64,000 nucleotides of DNA, taken from contig FLMG01000540.1 in NCBI GenBank assembly GCA_900088475.1, positions 124,765-188,764 of the forward strand, read 5' to 3'. The position numbers and the translations under genes were made by a program. Numbering within the stretch: the stretch's first letter is position 1; the number at the start of each line of letters is the position of its first letter. This DNA comes from Hyphochytrium catenoides (taxonomy: Eukaryota; Protista; Hyphochytriomycota). The notes below the pieces were generated by a model. The model made no database searches, was not told the origin of the DNA, and saw only the letters and a list, made by a program, of their open reading frames with translations. This document shows, piece by piece, positions 13,809 through 25,767 of the stretch.

Positions 13809-15053
13809 ATGGAGGGTTCAAGCGCCCAACCGTTAGAGCATGGAGGCTCAGCAAAGGTGCCCTCCTTGATGTAGTCAAAAACCACATCAACACCAGTGGG
13901 AAAGTGTCTAACTCTGTCATGGTGCCAGATCAAAAAGGGCAAGTCTGCTTACTTTTTCTTTATGGATGACTACCGCAACAGACTGAAGGAGGAAAATCCA
14001 GGTGGGTCTACACGCAGTAGAAGATGTTCTGGGATGAAGGGCTCACTCTCAGAGCTTCAGGTTTGTCTATCGGCCAACTGGGGAAGCTTATGGGGGAGAA
14101 GTGGAAAACTCTGCCTACTTCGGAGAAGGAGGTGGGTTGTCCTCCTTGCTCCCTTATCAACAAACTTACTTGGCATGAAAGCTAAAATCTTCCCCCTAAG
14201 CTCTACGAAGAGAGAGCAGCAGCAGACAAGCTCCGTTATGAGAAGGAGAAGGGTGAGCAGGTATTGATATACCACGACTGACTTCAGTCAACCATTGGCC
14301 TTCAAATAACATTGGTAATAACCGCAGGGGCAGCTCGCCAGCGATAAGGAACGGAATCTTGCAGACGGGTCAAAGGAGGTCGATGAATTGTCCTCCATCT
14401 TTCCTTTAGGTAGCCCAATACCTTTATTTGCTGTCTGCACTATTAGTCTCATGGCTGTAACACCGACCTACTTAGCACGTATCAAGAAAATAGTCCGCAG
14501 CGATGAGGACATCAAGACTATGTCAAAAGAAGGGACGCTGCTAGTGGCTAAAGCAACGGTATCCATAAGGCATGGCCCTGACGAGGGACCGAAAGTGTGC
14601 TAACATTAGCGTTCAGGAACTCTTTATTCATAGGCTAACTAGTGCTGCGGGGAGGGTATCTTCCAGCCAAAAACGGAAGACGGTGAAGACAACCGATGTA
14701 GCTTTAGCGATCCAGAAAGATCGACTTCTCGACTGGCTAAGAGACGATTTCCCAGTGGGAAGGTAAGGCGCATTTGTTTGTCGTCAAGACAATGTTTAGA
14801 CTTACTCCTCCCCACATCGCTGCCTAGTGAAAATCAATCCAAGAGCAATACAGCAAAGGTGGTTAAGACTGCTACGGTCACGTTGCAAGGCACTGGAAAA
14901 ATATCCTCATACTTCACAAGCACCGGTGGCAATAATAGCAGTTCAACGGAGGTCATGCGAAAAGAAGTTTCCACCATTGGCTCCAAGGAGATCGCAGCTG
15001 CTGGTCTTGCTGGGTCCACGGCCCAGGGTTCAGATCGCATGCATGAAGACTAG
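13809..15053 (+). CDS. HMG-box plus H2A-type histone-fold (POLE4/DPB3/CHRAC15/NF-YC-like) fusion protein, spliced
   Basis: MEGSSAQPLEHGGSAK|IKKGKSAYFFFMDDYRNRLKEENPG|LSIGQLGKLMGEKWKTL...YEERAAADKLRYEKEK is an HMG box. It is followed by SIFPL|ARIKKIVRSDEDIKTMSKEGTLLVAKAT|ELFIHRL...KRKTVKTTDVALAIQKDRLLDWLRDDFP, a histone fold. Confidence 0.85.
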
Positions 15054-17234
15054 CTTACAAGGCTCTTTGAGGGGGAAGACCAAGCGCGAGCTGATGTCCA
15101 CACAAGAGCAAAGTAGCTCTGGCCGCGAGTAGGCAAACCTTCGTGAATGCATTGACACCAACGAACATACTTGCTATGAGCATCGGGATGCTACTCGAAG
15201 TCCTTGAATGCCTCCAACAACCTAGGGACGATTAAATCAGGCCCATAGTTTGGACTGGACAGCAACTGACTGTTTCAGCCAGCCAAAGACACAATGCCAC
15301 CACCAGGGTCTATGAACTGCCAGCAATCAGGCGTTTGTGCAGGATGGCATAATGCGAACTGGGTGATTGATGGTACTTCTCTTAGAACTGTACAGCTCTG
15401 ATACGACCCTGCCAAGAATGTTTCAAGTTGGATTCAATCTAGACAACCCTAAAAAATCACTCGGAACTTGTATACAGCCTTGTTCTTCCTCAATGTCATG
15501 CCCCTCTGAGCTGCTAATGGCGCCGGCTCTAAGAAAGCTCATCAACGCTGGTTACATGGAGGGCTGCTATGCTTGTGGATTGGTCATCATGATAGGGAAA
15601 TAGCAAGGTTCTTGATCTTACTAAAAGGATCCACCCTATCGAAGATGGAAGCAGAGCAGAATGTTGGTTCGCCATTCGCCCATCGTACGCCCATCAATCA
15701 GTAGAGATGGCAGCGAGAGGGATTAGGCTATGAACAAAAGAAAGCAATTAGAACTACATGTGGAAGCTGATGACTCTTGAGGTCCGGAAATTTCCTACAG
15801 TACCGTAAAGAGCCAGCACAGTGTTCAGAGGGTTATTAGTCTCAGACAGAAACTGCAACCTGCTTTCCCTCATCACTTTCCAGAGCCCGCAAGGTTGTAC
15901 AAGTGGGTTGTAGAGACGAAGTTCAAATACAAATCAGTGTTGTACACCGTAGTTTCCACCTGCCTTTAACTCTTCCTACTGCACAAACTGAATACGAATA
16001 ACTTTGTACGTGTCATACAGGTCTGTTCGTCTGGTGCGTCGTAGCTGTTACCACGACCCCCCACATATTTGAGGGAAGGGAGGCCCCATCCCGTCCTCCC
16101 TTCCTAAATCGAAAGGAGAATAGGCCTCTACAAAATTTCGTGACAGCTTGATGAGTATTACCACGCCTGTAACCATTTCCTTGTCATACATAAAGCCGCT
16201 TGTATGGGCGTATTACTATTGATCCGCATCAAGGACAAGAATTTTTTACTGCCCTGTAAATGCCATTTATACTGGATAACGCCCTAAACTGGCTTCTTAT
16301 CAATGACAATACTTTTCAATATTGGGAATCTTAGCTTTGGGTCATGTTGATTTGGGCCACAATCTTGCCAGGTCATGTTCTAGGTAATTCGAGGAATCTC
16401 CCCTGTTTTCCCGTATGTCCTCCGTCCTCCGACTTCCGTTCTTACTCCTTGTCCCGCTCTGTCACCTTCAGGAATTTGGACGGTGCTCTTAGGCCCTAGA
16501 AAGCTTTTCCTCATGTCAAATGACTACGAGACAGGGTGCAGAGACAGACAGATAGATAAAAGAGGCAGTAGTTCTATTGGGGGTTCTGGTCAAAACTACA
16601 AGACAGAATCCTTGATGGAGATGCCGTTGGCGTCATAGGTTCCTCTCCAGGTCTCGCTGTTTATCCATTTGTAGTACGGTGGGCATCATGAGGGAACTCC
16701 TCTAAACAGCAAAACGTGGGGCTATGTGATGAGAGATGTGAGGAGGTTAGGAGAAAGCTGAGAGAGCGAGAAAGACTCAAGGCTGTGTGAGGAAAGACAA
16801 GAGACGATGTTGGGCCAAAGAGACGGGGTGGAGCATGTTTGAGACAGAAGATCGTGGATAGAAGAGCGTGAGGTCAAGAGATGAAGTGGACGGCCTCGTC
16901 AGGACAAGTCAGGACAAGTCATGATGAAAATGCCGCCGTCAGCAGGCAAACCAAAGACAAAGGCATTTCAACTTTCCTAGCGCTTCCTACTAGGTCTCAT
17001 GCAGTGAGTAGAACGCAACGGAAAACAGAGAAAGAGACCGCATCTCTGTGCTGTATTCTGTACAGTACCACTCATCTCGTCATCAAGTCATGAAGAACGA
17101 AGAACTCCAAAACATCGGCTGCCTCTGATAGACCAGCCATCTTCCAAAGCTCCTTCGATATCCTCCTTTGTGACAGAGCTTTACGGCATCTTTTCCTTTC
17201 GGATTCCTTAAGAGCCATTCAGGGGACAACTATT

Positions 17235-18269
17235 ATGGGGAGCTTCAGGAGAAGGTTACGCCTGCTCTTGAAACGCAAGCCGGAAGCCAGGGAAAAGACA
17301 AGAGCGGCATTGCGTAGTAGGGAAAAGGAGATTGATACACGCCAATCTCGGAAGCGTAGCGGACTGCTTTATGCCAAGACAGAGCGGGCACTTCATGGAG
17401 ATGATGCTTCTGCAGTGAGTGCCAATTTTGCGATCGTCTGCGATGGAGTTGGAGGCAGTCAGGCAGCGTCGGGACCCCTAGCACAAGCGCTGGTTGAACA
17501 ATTGGTGGAAGAACTAATCATGATTGACAACGTGAAACAGTACAAGCCCCTTACGAAGCAGATGCTGTTGCGGGCTGTCAATGCAGCCGTGGACAGGGCG
17601 ATCGGCTCCTTCCCTCCATACCCATCGCGCTCGTCTACACTTAGTGTGATGTACTTAGACCGAAAGGCGATGAAGGTGTATTGTATAACCGTTGGCGATA
17701 GCAAGACCGTAATCCTGAGGGACAATGGATCAATGGTCTTTGAAAGCACCTCCTCTGTCTTCGGGTTCAACGTTCCTGTGATCATCAGCACGGCCCCTAC
17801 GAAGCACATCGGCCCTGTGGACTTCTGCGAGGAGGCGGAGGTACACCCTGACGACAAGATCATCACCTTCAGTGACGGAGTCTCCGATAACTTGTGGCTT
17901 GAGGATTTGCAGGCATTGGTGAAGAGGTGTTCTCGAAAAGGTGTGGCCCAGCTGGCCTACAAAATTGCTGAGTCCGCCCAAAAGAAGGCAACGAAGAACG
18001 GCGTACACCCGTTTGCGGCCTCTGCCGCTCGCAGCTACCAGGAGGTATCTTCATTGATGGATCAACAATATCAGACTGAGGAAAGTCAGCTGCACAAGAG
18101 AATGTCTGAGTACTTGATGAGTCAAATTTCCAAGAAAACTCCATTGGATAAGGAGATGAAGCTTGCCGAGTACTCTCTGGAGCACTACACACAGGATGAA
18201 CTTCAGTGTTTTGCTAAAAGGAAAATTGGCAAGAGCGATGATATATCAGTCTGTGTGGTCGTGGTATGA
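17235..18269 (+). CDS. Protein phosphatase 2C, PTC7-like, intronless
   Basis: GDDA, VCDGVGG, SSTL, VGDS, FSDGVSDNL and GKSDDISVCVV metal-binding motifs in order within a 344-aa ORF. Confidence 0.9.
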   Translation: MGSFRRRLRLLLKRKPEAREKTRAALRSREKEIDTRQSRKRSGLLYAKTERALHGDDASAVSANFAIVCDGVGGSQAASGPLAQALVEQLVEELIMIDNVKQYKPLTKQMLLRAVNAAVDRAIGSFPPYPSRSSTLSVMYLDRKAMKVYCITVGDSKTVILRDNGSMVFESTSSVFGFNVPVIISTAPTKHIGPVDFCEEAEVHPDDKIITFSDGVSDNLWLEDLQALVKRCSRKGVAQLAYKIAESAQKKATKNGVHPFAASAARSYQEVSSLMDQQYQTEESQLHKRMSEYLMSQISKKTPLDKEMKLAEYSLEHYTQDELQCFAKRKIGKSDDISVCVVVV

Positions 18270-18500
18270 CAATGGTGGAGAGGGTTACGCGGACTGTGCT
18301 GGGTAGATCGGGTCTGGGTAAATGTGCCCCAGCAAATATTTATTACTGTTTGGCCTGACAGCTGGACAGAGGAATGAGCAAGCTCCTAGGCGTTACAAAT
18401 AATTTTTATAAAATCGAGTAAGGTGGTGTCATAATGCCTTTTTTGCTAATATGTAAGGTTCTTCCAGCGGTCGAGAGGGCGATGGGATGGAAAAACCAGA

Positions 18501-19534
18501 CTACTGTTTATTGACTTCCCGAGCGCGCTCTAGCGCTTCCTCCTGCTCAAGCTCTTGGGGCATCGGCTTTATCTTTGTTATTGTACGCGTATAGATTTTG
18601 GGTGCCGGCTTGGTGGTGATTGCCCTTCTCTTTGAGCTTTTGTTAACTGTTGCCTCTTCTTTGAAGTCAGCTTTCAACCTTAGTGGAGCTTTCCCATCAC
18701 TCACACTTTGGTTGACCCCTTCGTGATGTGTAATCAACGAGCTAGAGGAGAGAATGATTGTTCTCCATCTCTTTTTGTTTGTGGCAGCATAATGAGGGTA
18801 GCAATTGTCTCCCGTTCGTTTGGTTTTGGGCCATTTGGTTTAGCGACCAAGGGAGAAGTAGGGTCAAGTTTATACTTGGAACTTGTGCCTTTATTTACTA
18901 GCTTATGATCTGCTTCGTTCTTTTTGTTCTCTCTTATTCTTATTAACAGGGCTTTGATTTGCTCTATGTCGTACGTGAACCTAATTAATGCAGAGCGGGT
19001 TCTATCTGCACACTTCGTAGGCGTGAGATATTTTGCATGCCTGGTGTGGGCAGCGAAGGTTATTTCTTTGTTGGCTGTGCCAAAAGTTTTCTCTTTGTTC
19101 TGCCGTTGCCTCTGCGTATGTCAGCATTGCACAGTTGCCTTTCGTTGGGCCTGGCAGGAGGGGGATTCCCTCTCTGCTTTTTGGGCTCTGCCACCGTTGC
19201 AGCCTTTGTTAACACTATTTGTGCGGCTCAGGCTGATCGAACTGTTGCTCTTGACGCGATGTACACTTCTTTCGCCATCAGTTACTGAGATAGTGATTGC
19301 CACCTTCAGCGCCCTTCCCTGCCCCCTTCACGCTTCTACTTCCCTCTTTTCTTCTGCACTTTTTTCTGCTTCTTCCAGAAGTGATTGTCAACGAAGCTGT
19401 ATTGGACATGGGAGGGGCCAGAAATTTCGACAGTGGTGAGAAGAGGATATCTTGTTAGGCTTCTTTGCATTCCTTTCATCAAATCCCCCATCAAAAGTGA
19501 AGGAGGGACGACGTCGTTGCTTACATAGGGAGAC
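18501..19534 (-). pseudogene. Decayed Lys/Glu/Ser-rich coding relic
   Basis: One minus frame runs from a ccctag acceptor (19534) to about 18737, interrupted only by TGA at 19390, 19330 and 19123. It appears to shift into the 18501-18737 ORF. Confidence 0.4.
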
Positions 19535-20114
19535 CTAGGGAACACTACCTACTACCTACTACTATAATAGAGGATATCTTTTCTTTAAAAAAGCGAGAGG
19601 CGAGCGCTCAGATTATCCTACTGCTTCTTCATACGGGAGTGACCTCAAGGCTGTATCGTTATGGTAGGTAAGGGGGACTCACACAGGCCTGTCTGCTATT
19701 AGATCATTCAACACTTCGCAGCCGCTGTTGGGTGACTTCATGGATGTTGGGCACGGCAGTGCCTGTCTTAAGAGCGTCGGCGCTATTGCCGCTGGACTGG
19801 TATGCCGTCCGAAGCTGTGCTGGCCCGAGCTCCTTGAGAAGTGATCGGATCAGCTCCATCCTCGTCCATCCCAGGAAAGTCTAATTTCCTGCGGATATTC
19901 TCCCTACCGTACGAAGCTGTGGGTCTACATCCCTCATGCTCTCAGGCGCCGCTTCGCTACTCTCCTTGATCTCCAACGTGGTCTCTCAGCTTTCTGCAAT
20001 CCAATGCTTCTCTCCCTCTTTCTTTCTCTTCTCTCTCTTTCTCCGCTAGTTTTTTGTCTGCGTTCTCTTTCGCTACCTCCAACTCATCCGTCTACTGTAG
20101 GAGAACATCCATGT

Positions 20115-20213
20115 GATGGATACCTTTCGTCAGGAATCTATTAGTTGAAAACAACCTTTCACTAATGTTTAAGGCTTAAGAGCGGATGGATACCTTTCGT
20201 CAGGAATCTATTA
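20115..20213. repeat. Perfect 29-bp direct repeat GATGGATACCTTTCGTCAGGAATCTATTA, two copies 41 bp apart
   Basis: Copies at 20115-20143 and 20185-20213. Confidence 0.95.
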
Positions 20214-20544
20214 TGAAAGAAAAGAAACAGTACTTTCCTAGACCTTCGAATAAGGGTCAGAACAACAGTGTCTAAGTGTTATATATGTTATGATTTGTCC
20301 CCAGGGGACATATCAAGAGTGCCTGTGTCTTTGGTCAATCTCTCCTCTCATTCTTATCCTTCGCCAGACCTTCGGTTTCCTCGCTCCACTATTGAGATCA
20401 GTGTTTTGATCCTTAACCGCCTTGTGCTTCCCCTGCAACCCGATCTTGTGACCTTCTTTCCTCCTGCCTTTATGTCTCTCTTCTCTCTGTTTGCCTCTTC
20501 TCTCTCTTCTTACATCTGTTTAGGTAGGTCTATCCCTTTTCTGT

Positions 20545-20549
<5 letters not shown>

Positions 20550-20596
<47 letters not shown>
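20550..20596. repeat. (CT)n microsatellite
   Basis: Uninterrupted CT dinucleotide run; further CT tracts up to the gap at 21089. Confidence 0.95.
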
Positions 20597-20598
<2 letters not shown>

Positions 20599-22520
20599 CC
20601 ACGCTCTACGTGCAGTGTCCATCTTTTTCTCTGTCTCGTTCTCTCTCTCTCTCCCGCTTCAGTTCGCTTCTCTTCCTGAGATAAAGGGTCAGGAGTCAGG
20701 AGCAGTGAAGCCACCCGAAGTGGAGTTCGCAGGCTGTCATCCTCCTTTCTTCTCATTGCGTGTCTCCTCCACTTCCAGAGATTGGTCGCCCCAGACTTGT
20801 AGCTTCTCTTCTTCTTCTGTCTCTATAACCTGACTCTGTCTTTAGGATAATCTGATGCGTCCATTGCCCTTTCCGTTCTCTCTCTCTCTCCCCTCCTTCG
20901 TTTATCAGCAGGAAGCTCAGTCAGTTCTTTCGCTGCCAAATCTAGCGCAGGCACACAAAAGGAGCAGTATGGTCCACTTTTAGCAGCTGTTACACTGACT
21001 CTTTGGACGCGTGCTAGCCACCGTTTATACTTCTCGACTCGTCCCACTTTCTCTCGGCTCTCTCTCACCCTTTCTCTCTCTCTCTCTCNNNNNNNNNNNN
21101 NNNNNNNNNNNNNNNNNNNNNNNNNNNNNNNNNNNNNNNNNNNNNNNNNNNNNNNNNNNNNNNNNNNNNTGTTCTCGTTCTCCCCTTTTGTTGTTCACGT
21201 TGTTGCTCTCTCTTCTCTCCAAGAACACGGATCATTTTTTATGTTAATATGGACCTCTTCTCCCCTTTCTTCCCCTTCCATGTCCCTCTTCCTTCCTCCC
21301 TCAGCACTCTCTGCCGCGCCTGAATAGTCAACACCCTTGCCTCTAACTAGCCCGTCCCTCCAACACTGCTACTGAGTTGCCAATGACTAGCTATTGCGAA
21401 GAAGTCCCTCGATGAGCTGCTCTTTTCCGTCGCTGCTCCTCCCATTCATCCTCCTCCTCCTCCCATCCCCAACGTTAGGGGGCATCGTCCCCAGACTGGA
21501 CATTAAGGAATTGAATGACAGAGTCCTTAGCCAACGAAAACAAGGCCATCTGCATTGCCCTTCTGTCATCCCCACCCACTTGCATCCCTGACATTATAAC
21601 GAAGATAGACATTCTACTACCTACTTTGCTGCCAAAGCTATGAGAGTAGCAGTAGCAAGCCAGGCTACGCATTTGCTGTTGCTGGGGTCGTTAAGAGAAA
21701 GAGTAGTCGTGTGCTAGTCCGGAGCATGTCTGTCGATCTGGTGGCTCTGTCCATGAGGGTTGAATGATTAGTAAGCTATCTTTCGCGATCAAGAGGTATA
21801 CAGCAGCGCCGACATTCAAGTTAATCTTCTAATAGATACCCCTTCATAGTCCTCCATGGAGCAGTCAGGTTCATTGATGTCTCTAGGCCAGGCGCCCTTT
21901 TGGTCGGAGCGGGCGGCACATACGGTGGGGGCAGTGCTGCATCAGAGTCGCGGCTGGTATCAAGTTGTCCCCCGATAGGTGATGATACTTCTTGAGATTA
22001 GGCCGCGGCAGTCAGATGAGAAGGAATAACATAGTAACAACAAACACGGAGAGTACTACTAGAGAGACATGATATTACGGTAAGGGACGGCGAAGAGATG
22101 AAAAAACGAGAGCCTTATTGCTTCATGATGATTGAGCTGAGAAAGCCTACCACCGTGAAGCAAGTGTTAGACAACCGACAAGGAATCCTCATCGACGACG
22201 TGAGGATGGTAGTAGACAAACAACTTGCTTGTACCTGCTGAATCGGAAGTAGCTGACATAGACAGACCTGTCGCGACTTCAAGGCACCCTGCTCAGACTC
22301 CTACTCGCTTAGCACCGTGGCGGCGATATGGGGTAACGGGTCGGTCGTCCCGCCCCTTTCGCTGATGAAGGGAATCACCAGGTAACAAGCGACGATACCA
22401 GCGAAAGAGTACCATCAAGAACACAGTGGCGGCACGCTGCCATCTTTCTTGTTTGTTGGATGCGAATGTCATATTGTTCGTTATTATCTGTTCTCTTTCT
22501 GAGAACATCATGCTAGGCTA

Positions 22521-25500
22521 TCACTTCTTTCCTGAGTCGCTGTCTCTTCTTCTTCTTCCTGAAAGCTCTCGTTCCAACGTCTGGAGAAGACGGTCGGCAA
22601 TCTCAACGCCTCGAGAGGTCGCTTTTCTCTTCTTGCGACTGAGACCTTCCTGGCTCCTTATAAGCAATGCCTTCAGGCCTGTTACCCGTTCCCGCACGTT
22701 GAGCTCCACCGACACTTCTCTATTCATGCTGGCCGCCGCCGTTGGATTTGTTGAGACGCGATTAAGCATCTTCAGAAGCCACTCCAGCGCCATGACCTTA
22801 TGGGAAAGTGACGTAGTGTCTGAATCCTCGGCGAACTCTAGAACTATCGAGACGCCAGCGCTCCATCGAGCTGCTTCGGTGACAATTTCAGCTATGCCGC
22901 CGACTTTGAAGAGCAAGAATACCAAGTTCAGATAGGTAAAGAACTTTCGCTTCCACTCATTGTCCAGCAGCTCGCGGTACTTTGCCCGCTCCTCCTCCCA
23001 GTATACCTTATATTGAGGACATTCGGGACATGGTCCACAGCCGCGATCGAGCTCGGCCACAAAGATTCTCTTCCGTTCCTCTTTCTTAAGCGAAGGATTG
23101 CTCCATAATCGACCCAAATGGCCCTGATGCCTGACACAATCTATAATATACGCAACTTCTGATTGAGTTTCAACCAACACCACGTGCTCGAATCGTTCTT
23201 CATCTAACCATCCCTCCCGCCTAGCGTCCTTCAGCCTGTCTGACGAAGGCGGAACCTGACTCAGCTCTTTCGCAACCAGCATGGTCATTATCGTTATGGC
23301 CACGCCGTCCAAGTTTTCAAAGGCGTGGCGACACACTTCGGAAAGGAGAGGCGTGCGAGATATCAGCTGCGGAGGCAGCATGCCGGTGAAAAGACAATTA
23401 TCTGCAAGAAATGTCAATCCGTTCTCCGTAAAGAACTCTTCAGTGGAGGCCCTGGAGATTGGAACGTAAGGACCCTGCAGGCTCCTGTGGATCGCGGCGA
23501 GGACTTGAGAGCTTTCCCAGATTTCCTCCCACACGCTAGCGCCGCTGACCCGTAGCTCGGTCCTCACTAGAGTTTCCAGGATGCCTACTACTTGCTCATG
23601 CTTCATGTGGCAGATAAGCTCTTCAATCACGGTACGTTCCTCTTCGCTCGTGGTGGACGATCCTTCTGATGATGTCGCAGGTGAACGCAAGAGTACGTTT
23701 AGCACGTCTTCTTGTTCCGCCAGTACTTTGAGAAAACTTATGGCGTGGTTTGCACCGTGTCCAAAGCCTAACAATAGGCACCTCCTCAGTAGCCGTTCGA
23801 CGCCAAGCTCACAATATTTGGTGCGGCGTCCTTCAGTATCCTGTATAATACCGAAGCTAATCATACAGCTGAGGATGTGAAGAGCATGGTTTGCGAGAGC
23901 GCTGTCGTGGCCGTCAGTGGCCAGCTTGGTCAGGGTACCGTCCATACCGTAGCTAAGCCCCGCCCGTGAAGAATTCCCAGTATGATCCAAGGGATACGCA
24001 CGGAGAACAAACTCCTGCAGCTCATGAAGCAGTTGGCAGTGATCGTTAGGGTGAATTTTTGTCCTGAGGATGTCATCGCCATTGCATCGCGGTGCAGGTC
24101 TTCCTAATTCCTTCCTCAGCCAACGTGCACAGACAGGAACCTGAGCTACACTAAACTGATGCATTGCACTATCCATCAGCTTAAGGCCACAGAGCACCAC
24201 AGCAGCAATGTTAATCTGAGACTGTTCGATCTCATCGCTTGAGAAGAGACGATCAACAGCTAGAACTATTTGTTCTCCCATCTCCCCAACAGAAGCACAA
24301 GCTCTCTTCCAGTGTAACAGCGCAGGCAGGAGGACTAGGTTGTTTTGCAACGCGACATCTTTGCACACATCGTCCATGGTGCTAGTGGTCAGTCCCATGA
24401 TCTTACGATAGACCGTGTCCCTAATCACACTTAGAATGCGGTCGTTCTCAAGCCTAAGGAAGTCATAAATTCCCAAGCATGTTAGTGTACGAGGCATGGG
24501 AGAACCAAGCAGAGTTCCCTCCTGGACGTAGTCAACAACAACTGCTCTTGCCACAATGCTGACTAGCACCTGCAAATCCTTTGACAGTACGTCCTTATCG
24601 TCGTGAAGCAGGGTGAATATGACTTTGAGGAGGAAAGAGTCTTCTGCATATACGCTTGCTCCGCGGTGGAAGAGATGGCACCAACGAAGTTGATTTCAAA
24701 AGGCTGTTGATGGCTGGTGTGAGAGTGCGCTTCCTTCTGCTCGTTATAGTTTTGTCGGAACGCGTCCAGAAAGGATGTGGGAGGGAGTGCATTCTGGCGG
24801 TCTAAGAAATCCACTCCCTCAAGGCCCCGGCGGCGATAGAGAGGCAGTCTCCGTAGAGCTAGAACCCGAGACTCTACTTTAAAGTCCGGTATAGTACACT
24901 CGAGCTCGCAGCCGATTTTGCCAAATAAGCTCCAAGAGTAGAGATCTTCTAGAGACCACTCCGTAAAGATAACACGCCAGTAGTCTAGATTGGCAAAGAG
25001 CTGCTCAGAGATGATCCTTCGATGATCATCATCCCCACCAGTGGACTTTACCAGATCCCGATACTGTTCGTCAATCTCATGCGCCACATGTAGCAGAGAA
25101 GCCCTTTGTATCTGATTTGCCATCGCGGGTGCAGTGACGATAGCGTTATTATGTTCCCATCCTCATCCAACCTATCTCCAATTGAGGCTTTGCATTGACC
25201 GAACGAATGATAAATGTACCTCCATAGTGTCTCATCTTGAAGCTCACCCCAGTTATCTTCCTATTATCTAGAGAGTCTGCCATGGGAGGGAACTGGTCCG
25301 ACATGTAGTACGTAATATACGAACCTTCCCCGCCGTTATACTCACCTGATTTTTCCGATTGCACGACCGAGTAGCAGCGCAGCGGAATAGTAGACTTGAT
25401 GATAGACCGCCAGTACGAGCTCACTGGAGGATAAAGAACTGAAGTGAAGAGCACTGGAAAGTGCAGATGATGAGACTCCACATGATAAGACTTCCTAGTT

Positions 25501-25603
25501 GTAAAGTATTTATTTCTTCCGGGTAGAAGAAAGTCTTCCTCTTGTGGAGGAGGAGGGAGAAAGCGGTCGCCTTTATGTGTTTTTTCAGACTAGAAGACCA
25601 CAA
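22521..25603 (-). pseudogene. Large intronless orphan gene (helical, ARM-like) split across four overlapping ORFs by apparent frameshifts
   Basis: Consecutive overlapping minus ORFs 25603-25421, 25481-25149, 25123-24563 and 24575-22521 (684 aa, frame open back to about 24695). Leu-rich amphipathic helices such as ALANHALHILSCMI and AISFLKVLAEQEDVLNVLL. It could instead be an intact shorter gene or an assembly error. Confidence 0.5.
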
Positions 25604-25767
25604 TAACGCTTCCTTCCAGTCATCTTTGCAATTTCTGAATGAAGACTATGACTTTCATTTTCATAGTCGTCAAGACTCAATGATAGGTCAAGCATAGAAC
25701 TATCAGGGCCTTCCCCCGTTCTACCCGCAAGTCCCCAAGTAATAAGAGCCAGCAGAGGTAAAATATT

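Noticed and set aside
16150-16320. Viral origin-binding helicase fragment (minus-strand KILVLDAD)
   Set aside because: Eight-residue similarity in a stop-rich frame with no Walker motifs.
20115-20213. CRISPR array
   Set aside because: Only two repeats, no leader or cas genes, eukaryotic context.
20268-21247. ORFs rich in LS or RE dipeptides (also 2740-3014, 43737-43997, 62670-63023)
   Set aside because: Translations of CT/GA microsatellites.
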